DNA of 64,000 nt from an uncultured Gammaproteobacteria bacterium (lineage in GTDB: Bacteria > Pseudomonadota > Gammaproteobacteria > CAYNNN01). This document shows positions 29,301 through 36,800 of the stretch, piece after piece. Each line of letters starts with the position of its first letter. Position 1 is the first letter of the stretch. The DNA lies in the NCBI GenBank assembly GCA_964398665.1, contig CAYNNN010000005.1:2025-66024 (forward strand). The letters run 5' to 3'. A program made the translations under genes and the position numbers. Below the pieces are notes generated by a model. The model was given only the letters and a program-made list of their open reading frames with translations. It made no database searches and had not been told where the DNA came from.

Positions 29301-29547
29301 GGTAATGCTCATAGACATGGGCCAGCAATTCGATACCCTGAATGCCGGGCATGCGCTGGTCAGATAGCACCAGGGCTATTTCAGCCGTATCCGTACTCAG
29401 GTAGGTGAGCAGCTCCAGGGCCTCTTCCCCGCTGGCGGCGGTGACGATTTGATAATCCTCAGCGAAATGTTCGGTCAGAATGCGGGCCAAGGATTCCCGC
29501 ACCCCCTCTTCATCGTCCACCAGCACGATATAAGGCTGATTGTCCAC
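20347..29547 (-). CDS. 3066-aa hybrid megasynthetase: REC - FAAL - ACP - Cy - A(Cys, with PilZ-like insert) - PCP - class III aminotransferase - acyl-ACP-reductase-like
   Basis: REC (VLVDD, SDQRMP, VTAY, DKP); FAAL (LQYTSGSTG, WLPLFHDMGL, YGLAEATL); ACP (GVDSV); Cy (FPLNEIQTAY, DLLIAD); A (FDLSVYD, LSGDWIP, GGATEASIWS, GKVDR); PCP (IGGYS); PLP enzyme (VDEIQCGMGRTG, FSKSLGGG); Rossmann reductase (GFGGYTS, TSGN, VVGAKGNIG). Confidence 0.9.
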   Translation of the reverse strand: MDNQPYIVLVDDEEGVRESLARILTEHFAEDYQIVTAASGEEALELLTYLSTDTAEIALVLSDQRMPGIQGIELLAHVYEHYPRTKRVLVTAYGQDVELVKNAITQARVDAFIDKPVYPPQERFLPKVRLMLFEYGNKGLAYETLVDVLRTRAKLRPEAEAYRFLPDGEGDGQPIDYALLDKQARAIAAQLQGLGLAGERALLFYPSGLEFISAFFGCLYAGVIAVPAYPPRRNRNLRRLSAIIQDARPAAVLTTRGIQQTLEPMLDEVPALKALHWLVTDQVVLTDAERWAMPRLQGDDLALLQYTSGSTGAPKGVMVSHTNLLTNLRMMEDGFGLTEQDVGCGWLPLFHDMGLIGLLLFPLYRGMRCIFMPPAAFLQKPLRWLTAMSRFRATASIAPNFAFDLCVDEIDPAAQAGLDLSTWRFLLTGAEPVNPKSLDRFAKTYAPLGFSREAFYPSYGLAEATLLVTGGKPGAGPVHQGVVADGLRAGKVMLTTLSSGSQTFVGNGCALGFEQVVLADPEERTRTPRNRVGEIWVQGRHVAQGYWGREDETERTFRAHLSDTGEGPFMRTGDLGFIHDGELFITGRLKDVLIIRGRNHYPQDLEWTLDETLRELVGSSGYLPIGVGNSIAFAVDSAAGEPQLIMVAEVDRRYQRDLKKRQFRAVGDSSSALAPHPEELLTAVRRAVAEQHELQLQQLVLLNFGGLPKTSSGKVQRQRARQDYLQGQLDLAWAWDVPATSAGPDAEPVQAALETAAGQLTAWLVGRVAERLHVPVATVQASSVLGALGVDSVTALRLLGDLEQHLGRTLPVSLLGNAATIGELAAQALAASGVERQALTLQPDRAQQAQPFPLNEIQTAYWLGRVESLELGGVACHFYAEFEHAGLDVARLEAAWQRLIQHHGALRLVVDAHGQQRMLPEVAPYAIAVADLRHADRAVRSTALEAVRTRMSHQVYDTALWPLFEIRASILPEDLTRVHVSIDLLIADVWSLLLLFRQWGELYANPTQALAPLGLSFRDYVLAERSWQGRADYQTALAYWRARLAELPPAPELPLARPPATVGKPHFVRRQGRLAAPLWQALKQRGQQGNLTPSVLLATAFACVLATWSKRPHFTLNLTTFNRIPAHPEVEQLVGDFTALLPLAVDLRHAASFEERAERVQRQLWQDLAHRQVNGLSILQEWARLEGRQNVSLPVVFTSALGLQTGADSAVDWLGQRVYSVSQTPQVWLDHQVLEDGADLVYSWDAVEALFPAGLLDEMFAAYQAYLHRLAQDEARWQSLPQLTPLAQLEQRAQVNATAAPLPGLRLQEGVGLQARLRPSQIAVIAADRTWCYGELWQETNRIGRALRARGVVPGELVAVVTEKGWEQIVAVLGILQAGGAYLPIDPALPQTRIDYLLAHTDTRFVLSQSWVVSRLTWPETVQVFALDAHPFAAELGDELEPVQRLDALAYTIFTSGSTGTPKGVMIDHQGAINTVVDVNTRFRVQDSDRVLALSSLSFDLSVYDIFGLLGAGGALILPDPQRQRDPAHWLELAVRHQVTVWNTAPALMKILLEYVQGHRLSLPPSLRLVMLSGDWIPLKLPDTLWTLAPQVQFFSLGGATEASIWSIAYHVTRVEPHWVSIPYGRPMVNQTFHVLDSQYLPCPTWVPGELYIGGVGVALGYWRDPEKTAARFICNPHTGERLYRTGDLGRYWPDGNIEFLGREDFQVKIQGYRIELGEIEAVLSQHPAVKECVVSVTEAAGEKQLVAYVVSLLDLARAEIAVACELEDHAGAWFAAQATALSAQTLTLTTQLCEWHSRQYVRLRLHLPGLEAQGEYHGEILWVAQKQLCVQLEGEAALTDLRRSLAYVMESEAGVVMGGPLADPDSVSLPAQEPCRVRWDGGEAEALLLSLAPAGAQLLDLPADLVPGQRFALSVRLPIGSEIIRLESQLLWRSGKRSGVQFHSPQYAAALQDSVHYLRRASGPQVSQFTLTQLRSYLEARLPAYMVPKFYMLLENLPLSSNGKVDRRALPAVTTTRPQALAAPRNVLEQRILAIWQHILKNDHIGIDENFFEIGGYSQLAVRLIVELRDKLGVELPIRALFETPTIAQLAERIGQLLGTVTLPTADAAALLPDTALYGHYARRGIAGRIAVIGADKHYTRAQGNYLYYEIQGQEVEILDMVGGYGSTILGHNHPELVQHMQMLLAEGVPINAQHSNNIAAGKLGRALSERLHQATGQHFVATLASTGTEAVEAAVKHAKLELRNKGLQQEKYLDNLAALMLDQYHKGQVAVQPTLYTEAAALLGVVCADLAAVYQAVVAHNGQVLAQEPLFLALTHAFHGMTTGALSMTASPDFRHPFHWMGLRTRWIRHEPGALQAAIEAERQTIYLFALDAAGAVTLTAKPWYPVAALFLEPIQGEGGMHPVKPEFLQAARQLADEYGFPIVVDEIQCGMGRTGTFTAAELSGLRGDYYTFSKSLGGGLTKVSAMMVSERRYQDDFGYMHGSTFAEDRLGCLMALRTLELLQEEDILATCARSGQLFLGKLRQLAVDYPDVIREVRGAGLMLGVELAPQQHSPSFMLRLIAQHGMEMVNMLIAGYLLNVKQIRIAPTKTRNTIRFLPSALITEAEMERVIAAFADVCQIFRHANAGRLLRYVVGAETDPGEPVQDWRDRQPPNTDTTPGDEPRVAHIGHLEDLDALLQLEPSFAEVPEALREPLLRQLFPYSKIAIAQQMRITTATGAQVHLSIIGLPLTGALFEAMMRTEERELLLYKIDEAVQLAHKHGCKVVGFGGYTSIVTLNCTAVAETGLALTSGNAYTAALGIEGALSAAQAQGLILAETPIAVVGAKGNIGSICARVLAEYSPLIRLFGRNAQDEGLREVADTLYADAWVALQRGGPVSGLAAALATTQTYARLMQQATPPEAIGAFLRAQVESELGGARWVQLSDQLTDLADCPVIVSCTNSARPVIYPQHLSRRVVVICDIATPKDVANSVFDAYPHIQILSGGLARLPGAQGLKLQGTRLPVDHVYGCVAETTLLGVSGYAQHFSFGEMTKQQVDFIRNLAQQQGYQIGTVALQALEYAGH

Positions 29548-29578
29548 GTAAGCACTCCCCCTAATACTAATAATGAAT

Positions 29579-31081
29579 TCAACGCCCGCCGTGCGCTATC
29601 AGCGGCAAGGTCAGAACAAACCGGGTTTCACCAGGACGAGAACGCACCTGCAGACTGCCCTGATGACCCTCCTCGATGATGCGCTTGGCATCGAACAATC
29701 CCAGCCCCGTGCCCTTCTTGCCGCTTTTGGTCGTGACAAACGGCTTGAAAATTTCCGCCTGCAAGGCGGCCGGAATGCCTTCCTTGCCGTTGTCCAGAAT
29801 TTCTGCGCTGATCTGCCCGGAACCCGCCTGGGTCGTCAGGGTGATTTCCCCCCCTTCCCCAACGGCATCAATGGCATTTTCGATCAAGTAGACAAAGCAG
29901 TACATCAGGTCCACCGGGAACCCCGACAGCGGCGGCAATTCGGCAAATTGCGAGTTGATCTTGATCCCCTTGAGCCGAAAGGACAGCATGTCCAGGGCAC
30001 TGCCAATCACCTGATTCAGGTTGATATGATCGGAGGGTTTGGCACGCTCCGGCTGGGCGGCATTCAGCACCATGAAGATTTCCTTGGAAAGCTGGGTCGC
30101 ATTGCTGCCCGTGTTACGCAACTGCGCCCCCACCTGCACCACCACGCGCACCAGCTCCAGCCAGCGGTCCAGCGGCCCCAGCAATTCCGCCAGCATCTGC
30201 AACTGGGGGGCCGTGAGCAAATGTCTGGCCGCCAGACTGTAATGCTCCCGCTTCAACCCCAGGCCCGCGCCCTGCGCAGCCGCCTGCAACCTGGCAGCCG
30301 CCTGCAGGATTTCCAGCGAAGTCGGCAGACGCTGAACCAGGGCTTGTTCAAATACCGCCTGCAATACTGCCAATCCCGCCTGCAACTCGGTCTCAGTCTG
30401 CGTGCCCAGCCACGGGATACCCGTCGTGAGCAGCCAACGCACATCCTGGGTCAGATTGGGCTGGGCGCTTTCTATCGCCACTGCCGGATTCTTCAACCGG
30501 TGGGACAGGCTGGACAGCAGGCGGCTGGTGATGGTGGCACGTTCACTCTGAATCAGCTTGACCTGCGTTTCCCGCAGGCTGGCCAAGGCCTGGGAAAGTT
30601 CGCTGGTGCGTTTTTCCAGATCACGTTTGTATTGCTGTTCCTTGCGCTGATAGAAATATTTCTCGCAGGCATGTTTGACCTTGAGGCGCATCTCCATTTC
30701 TGGCGCCCCCTTGACGATATAAGACTCAAACCCGTAACTGACGATCTCGGAAATGTTGTGTTCATCATCATGGCCGGTGTGCATGATGATGGGCACGTGC
30801 GGGAATTTGCGCCAGATGCGTCGGGAAGCCTCAAAGCCTGACATGGTGGGCATTTTGGCATCCATCACCACGCAGGCAATGTCGTCAGTCATGCTGTCTA
30901 GGGCTTCCTCGCCGCTGGAGGCCAGGGAGACCTCGTAATCCTGGAAGACCTTGCGCAAAATGGCCAGGGCTGCATCCGAATCATCCACCAGCAGCAACCC
31001 GACCCGTGTTTCACCCTCGGGCAAAAACGCCGCCGCCGCAGGGGCCGGATGTCCTGCTGCGCAAGGCGCTTCAGTTACCAT
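29579..31081 (-). CDS. Hybrid REC-histidine kinase (cytoplasmic)
   Basis: REC LLVDD, VMDAKMP, HTG, VKG; H-box SHRLKNP; N-box LIENAIDA; DNG; FKPFVTTK; GTGLGL. No hydrophobic segment. Confidence 0.88.
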   Translation of the reverse strand: MVTEAPCAAGHPAPAAAAFLPEGETRVGLLLVDDSDAALAILRKVFQDYEVSLASSGEEALDSMTDDIACVVMDAKMPTMSGFEASRRIWRKFPHVPIIMHTGHDDEHNISEIVSYGFESYIVKGAPEMEMRLKVKHACEKYFYQRKEQQYKRDLEKRTSELSQALASLRETQVKLIQSERATITSRLLSSLSHRLKNPAVAIESAQPNLTQDVRWLLTTGIPWLGTQTETELQAGLAVLQAVFEQALVQRLPTSLEILQAAARLQAAAQGAGLGLKREHYSLAARHLLTAPQLQMLAELLGPLDRWLELVRVVVQVGAQLRNTGSNATQLSKEIFMVLNAAQPERAKPSDHINLNQVIGSALDMLSFRLKGIKINSQFAELPPLSGFPVDLMYCFVYLIENAIDAVGEGGEITLTTQAGSGQISAEILDNGKEGIPAALQAEIFKPFVTTKSGKKGTGLGLFDAKRIIEEGHQGSLQVRSRPGETRFVLTLPLIAHGGR

Positions 31082-31093
31082 CGCAACCCCCGC

Positions 31094-32365
31094 CTAGAAG
31101 TGATAATTCAGACGGAGCTGAACCAGACTGTCATCGCGGGAGCTATAGAGGTAATCAATCTCGTCCTGGTTAAAAAACAGCAGGGCATCCAGATTCAGTT
31201 TCCAGGCTTCGCCCAGGCGCCGGCTACCTTCCAGCTTGATCAGATCCCCATGCCCGTCGAGGTCATGCCCCCAGGCCAGCAATGCGGAAGTATCGGCCGC
31301 ATCATTCAGACCCAGACGCAGGCCGACAAACAGATCGTTGGCAAAAGCCGAATTGGCCAGTTCATCGCGGTCATCGTACAAATATTCCACCAGCAGGTTC
31401 AGTTCGGCCCCGGCGATCCCGGCATCGCTGAAGGCATATTCAAAGCCCCCGGTGAAGGCGAAATAATCATTTTCCAACCCCAACAAATCTTCCTGACCAC
31501 TCCGGTGGATGGCTTCCAGCTTCCACAGCCAGCTCTCGTTGGCCCAGAGTACCTCCAGCCCGGTCTGGTCAATCTGCTCGTAATAAGGCGCCAGCACAAA
31601 GCGTGCATCGGGGGTGACGGCAATACGGAAACTGGGGTCGCGGCTGGTGCCGCTAAAATGCGACAACGCCAGTTCCAGATCGCCCAGCAGCAGGTGATAG
31701 CGAGCAGCAAAATCCACATGCTGTTGTTTGTCAGGATCTTCATACTGGGTCAGGTCGGTGTCCACGTACGGCTCAAACCGTAGCCGACCCTCGGCGCCCG
31801 GAAAGGTGCGTTCCCGGAAATAAGGCAGGACAAACAGGCTCAAGGTACCCGACCCCTGCGCCCAGTCCAGGCGCACCATCGGCTGGCCCAGCTTGTCCTC
31901 GCCTTCCGGAAATTCAACCAGATCAGTCTGGTTGACGATATCCACCAGATGCTGAAACTCCGTGACGCCCCAGAAAACCTTCCCGACCCCAAGCTGAAGA
32001 TTCAGATCACTACCCAGCGCCCGACTCCAGCTCAGTTCCCGGATATCGGCATGACTACGTTCGGAATCAGCGCTATCCAGACGCACAAACGGTCTGAAGA
32101 CCCAGCGACCCGAGGCAGCCGTATATTGATATTCCGGCTCGGCCTGAAATCCCAGGCTGTGCTCTTCTTGATCCGGGTACAGCGGGTCTTCAAAGAACAG
32201 CCGACCTTCCAGCCCTACATAACCCGACCAGCCCGACTTGGATGCCGCATCATCGGCAACCCGCTTGTCCTTGTGCGCGACCTCAAGCGCATCAGCCCAA
32301 ACGGACCCGGCCCCCACCAGTAACCCAAGCGCCAGCGCCAGCCAGCCCCCCTGTCGTTGCAACAT
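31094..32365 (-). CDS. Outer-membrane beta-barrel of the MMPL/LolA-like-associated type
   Basis: Signal peptide, DIREL, GVGKVFWGVTE...LVDIVNQTD, alternating beta-strands, terminal LNYHF. Confidence 0.75.
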   Translation of the reverse strand: MLQRQGGWLALALGLLVGAGSVWADALEVAHKDKRVADDAASKSGWSGYVGLEGRLFFEDPLYPDQEEHSLGFQAEPEYQYTAASGRWVFRPFVRLDSADSERSHADIRELSWSRALGSDLNLQLGVGKVFWGVTEFQHLVDIVNQTDLVEFPEGEDKLGQPMVRLDWAQGSGTLSLFVLPYFRERTFPGAEGRLRFEPYVDTDLTQYEDPDKQQHVDFAARYHLLLGDLELALSHFSGTSRDPSFRIAVTPDARFVLAPYYEQIDQTGLEVLWANESWLWKLEAIHRSGQEDLLGLENDYFAFTGGFEYAFSDAGIAGAELNLLVEYLYDDRDELANSAFANDLFVGLRLGLNDAADTSALLAWGHDLDGHGDLIKLEGSRRLGEAWKLNLDALLFFNQDEIDYLYSSRDDSLVQLRLNYHF

Positions 32366-32418
32366 GACACACTCCCCCAAGCATTTTAATTATCATTGCA
32401 AATTGGCATGCAGACCGA

Positions 32419-33825
32419 TCAGGAACCGCGTTCCAGCGCATTCGGGCTGAATTGCTCCGCTGTCAGGCCGGAACGGAACTGATAGTTTTTCCACAGCAGC
32501 CGCGTGGTCTTGCTATTCTGGCGATTTTGCATCAGATATTCCTCAGCCCGCCAGTAACGCCCCAGATATTGTTGATATTTATTGATTTCCAGAGTCTTCA
32601 GCAAGTCGCCCTTGCGATCATAGTAGCTGACCTTGCGCAGCAACAGATCCTGTTGGTCGATCCAGCGTTCCTGCCGGGTATAACCCGACTTGGCATCTAC
32701 CGGATAGGCATCCACCACAAAGCAGGTCCTGTCACCACACGCCTCCTCACGCAAGAATTTATATTGATATTTTTCGACTTCCTGAGTGCTCAGATCCTCA
32801 TAGGCAAATTCACTGCCCACAAAGGAGCCGGATTTATTGGCTGAGCTGATGCGCTTGACCCGCTTCAGGGCCGGCAGGTACAGCCACTGGTCATCAGCGT
32901 CAGTCTTGTGGCTATGCGTCAACAGGGCTGTTCCGGCAATGTCCGCCGGGCGGTTGAACAACACCAGGCTTTTATCGCCATCACCGGCAGCCTCCAGCGT
33001 GCTGTAGCTGATATAGCGCGTAACCTCATCGCCATTGGGATTACTCAGAACCATGATGATGTCGGCACGAAAATCTCCAAACCCGGTATCGCGGCGGTCG
33101 GCCTCCTGCACGATGGCCAGGCCCTTGGCTTCGGGGTCCATCCCCGGCGTCAATACCTGTGCCAGGGCCGTGATCGGCGGCGCCGCCACCGCAGCCGCCG
33201 TGGCTACGGCGGGTACTGGCTCAGGCGCCGGTTTTTCCACCGGCTGCTCAGCCACCCGTTCTGCGGGTTTGGGTTTGGCCACAACCTCCGCCGGCTTTTC
33301 CACCACTGACTTTTCCACCGCTGGTGTGCTCACAGGCACCGGGTCAGCAGTCACCGTGCGCGGGGCCGGCTTAGGCTTGGGTTTGGGCTTGGCGCGCACA
33401 GGCTCGGGGGCCACTTCGGCGGCTTCAACCGCTTCCTCTGCCACTGGCTGCGCCTTGGGCTTGACCCGCGATTTTTGCGCCTTGGGCGTTTTGCTCGCCG
33501 GCGCCACTGCCTCAAATTGCACCGCCAGGGTATGGGCCTTGTTCACCGCCTGAAAAGTGTAACTGGTGACTGCGCCGACTTCAGCCCCGTCCACCGACAC
33601 CGACTGCACCTGATAACCAGGGTCAGGCAATATCACGAAAGCCCGGTCATGACCCGCCTCGACGGGAATATCCCCTTTAGGGGTCACACTGCCCCCGGCG
33701 CCCGCCACAGCGGTGATGACATGCGTTCTGGCCGGCGCAGCTTCCTTGACCGGTTCCGAAGTACAGGCCACCAGACCCAACAGGGCGCCGGCCCAGAAAA
33801 GCTGTCGTAGTTTGTCATACACCAT
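32419..33825 (-). CDS. Lipoprotein: InlB-B-like repeat, Pro/Ala/Lys linker and LolA-like (lipoprotein-sorting) domain
   Basis: Lipobox LVAC; C-terminal GTALL, DDQWLYLPALKRVKRISS, SFVGSEFAYEDL, YYDRKGDLLK. Confidence 0.82.
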   Translation of the reverse strand: MVYDKLRQLFWAGALLGLVACTSEPVKEAAPARTHVITAVAGAGGSVTPKGDIPVEAGHDRAFVILPDPGYQVQSVSVDGAEVGAVTSYTFQAVNKAHTLAVQFEAVAPASKTPKAQKSRVKPKAQPVAEEAVEAAEVAPEPVRAKPKPKPKPAPRTVTADPVPVSTPAVEKSVVEKPAEVVAKPKPAERVAEQPVEKPAPEPVPAVATAAAVAAPPITALAQVLTPGMDPEAKGLAIVQEADRRDTGFGDFRADIIMVLSNPNGDEVTRYISYSTLEAAGDGDKSLVLFNRPADIAGTALLTHSHKTDADDQWLYLPALKRVKRISSANKSGSFVGSEFAYEDLSTQEVEKYQYKFLREEACGDRTCFVVDAYPVDAKSGYTRQERWIDQQDLLLRKVSYYDRKGDLLKTLEINKYQQYLGRYWRAEEYLMQNRQNSKTTRLLWKNYQFRSGLTAEQFSPNALERGS

Positions 33826-33864
33826 AATTCACCTGCTCCCCGCTGTTCTACAGTCTAATCAAAA

Positions 33865-36800
33865 TCAGCCCACCTGGGGTCTGGACAGCCATTTGGCCTG
33901 GGTCGCTTCCAGCCACAGCACCAGAGGTGCCAGCATCAGCATATCCAGGGCCAGTGCCAGAACGAACGTCATGGCCGTCAACATGCCCATATCAGAGTTC
34001 ACGGCGAAACCGGAACTGGCGAGAATCAGGAAGCCCCCGGCCAGAATGATGGAGGTAAATAACATGGATGGCCCGACATGCAGGAAAGTCTCGCGGATGG
34101 CCTGATGAGCGGCCAGACGGCGGCGCCGGGCGGCAGCATAATGGGCCATGAAATGTACGGAGTCATCCACCACGATACCCTGCGTCATGGAAAACACCAC
34201 GGCACTGGCCAAACCGACCTGCCCGACCAGATAACCCCAGATGCCAAAGGCCAGCAAGGCCGGGAAAATATTCGGCACCAGGCTGACCAGCCCCAGGGAA
34301 ATGCTGCGCAAGGCAATCAGCATGATCCCGGATACCAGGAACAGGGCCAGAACGTTGCCGTTGAGCATGCTGTTGATGTTGCGTTCGGATATCTTGGCAA
34401 ACATCAGGGACGGGCTGGCACCTCGGGCGTGCATGATCGGCGGGACATTCTCCTGGAGCCATTCATAAGCGCGCTGCTCCAGGGCAATGAGCTGGGCATT
34501 GCTGACATTGCGCAAGGTGACGGTAAAACGGGTGGCGGACTCATCCAGATTGATCTGGTTATTTAAATCCAGTCCACGGGGCAATGACAGCTTGTACAGC
34601 AGCAGATACTGCGCGGCGGTATTGCGATCTTCGGGAATCCGGGCATAAAACGGGTCGTTATTGTGCATGTTGGCGTTGAGACGCTTCACGATATCCGTGA
34701 TGGCGCTGACGTGCATGACGCCTTCCTGCTTGCGATACCAGGTAGCAAACTGCTCAATCCGGTTGAGATACAAGGGGTCGTTGATTCCACCCGGTTCACC
34801 GGTTTTCAGCGAATACTCAATACTGTCCATGCCGGTGAGATTATCGCGGATGAAATCCGTCTCGACCCGAAACCGGTAGCTGTGGTCAAAGTATTCGACA
34901 AAATTGTCATCCAGGACGATCAGCATGACGCCGGCCGCCACCAGCGGCATCAGGGTCAGGGAACCTACCAGGATGGGCCGCTGACGCCGGATGGTAAAAT
35001 CGGCCCAACGGTTCAATTGCCTGTCCAGCCAGGGCTGCTTGCGCGGATTCCTCGGGGGCCGAAATGGCAGCAACATCATCAGAGCCGGCAGGAACAGCAT
35101 GGAATAAATCAGGGCGTACGCCACGCCGACGGCAACGATGTTGCCCAAATCCCGCAGCGGTGGGGCATCGCTGTAGTTCATGCTGAGAAAACCGATGGCA
35201 TTGGTCAGGGTGGTCAGAAATACCGGCATCAGATTCAGACGCATCGCGGTGATCAGGGCTTCGCGCTTGCTGTCCCCCTGACGCAATTGATGGAAGAATG
35301 CGGTCAGAAAGTGCAGGCTGTCACCCACCGCCACGGTCAGGATGATCGTGGGGGCCGCCGCAGAAGGGGTGGACAAGGCCGCGCCAAACCAGCCAAAAAT
35401 CCCCATCGCACTGAGCGAGGCCGCTGCGATAATCACGCAGATCGCAAGCACACCGGTCACCGAACGCAGCAGCACCCCGGCCAGCAGGACCACAAACAGC
35501 AGCATGACCGGATACAGATGCTCCATATCCCGCAAGGTGGCCTCCAGAAAGGCCGCATCCTGCATCACCATGCCACTCAGATAGATCGGGATGTTAGGAT
35601 ATTTAGCCTGAAACTGACGCACCAGTTGCTGGGAGTATTCGACGATCTGGCGGTTCTCGTCTGTGGATTTGCCCGGCAGTTGCAGGCTGACATTAATCCC
35701 GGTGACATGCCCAGACGGTGAAACCAGCCGATTCAGCAGCAGCGGTTCGGCCAGGGCAATTTTCCGCGCTGTATCAAGTTGCTCCGGGGTGAATTGAGCA
35801 GCACCCGAGGCCAGATCCCGGACGATCAGCTCATCTTCACGGGCCTGGGTATGCTGGAAGTTGGTCACGGAGTCCACCCGACTGGAATAGGGTATCTTCC
35901 AGGCCGCCTCCGTCAGCCACTCTACGGCGGTCAGCGTTTCCTGAGTAAATACATCGCCCTGAGGCGCCTTGACCACAAACAGGGCGTTGTAGTTTTTTGC
36001 ATAGGTATGTTCCAGGGCATCAAAAGCCCGCAATTCGGGGTTGGCGTCGCTGAAATAGACCCGATAATCATCCGTGAAGCCGATGTAATGCAAGCCGGCA
36101 ATGCTGCCCGCACCCAGGGCCAGGGTCAGCAACAAAAATAGCCAGGGATACGCTGTCACCCAGCGGCCCAGCCACTCACCCCAACTGACGCCGGGTATTT
36201 CGGGCACGGGCGTAGTACCGTGCGTGGCCGTGGTCGAACTGCGTTCTGACGCAAGTTCCGATGTTGTCGCAGGTGACGTGGACACAACCGGCGCAGTGTC
36301 GGTTCTGGAGGCTTCGCGTGGCTTGACGGTGGGCAGTACCTGCGGGGTGGCCTCGTTGACCGCCTTTTGCAGCGAAGCTTCAAACTCGCGTTTGACCTGG
36401 ATGAGATTGCGCAGGCGGGCCACCAGTTCCAGCGGACGCACCGGCTTGATCAGATAATCGTTGGCCCCGGCTTCAAAGACGCGCAACAGGGTCTGTTCGT
36501 CCTGGTCGGAAGTGATGACCACGATGGGCAGACGCTGACGTGCCGGGTCAGGCAACTGACGCACGGTCGCAGTCAGCACATCGCCATCCATGTTCCCCTC
36601 CAGTCGCAAATCCGTCAGGATCAGGTCATAGGGTCGCGCCTTGATCGCAGCCAGCGCGCTGAGGGCATCGGTGAAATGCTCCACCGTATAATGCTGTTCC
36701 TTCAGGGCCTTCTGAATGGCATACGCATAAGTGCGGCTGTCTTCCACCAGACAGATCAGACCCTGACTTTCTTGTGCCGCCCGCGTTTGAGACAGGCTGT

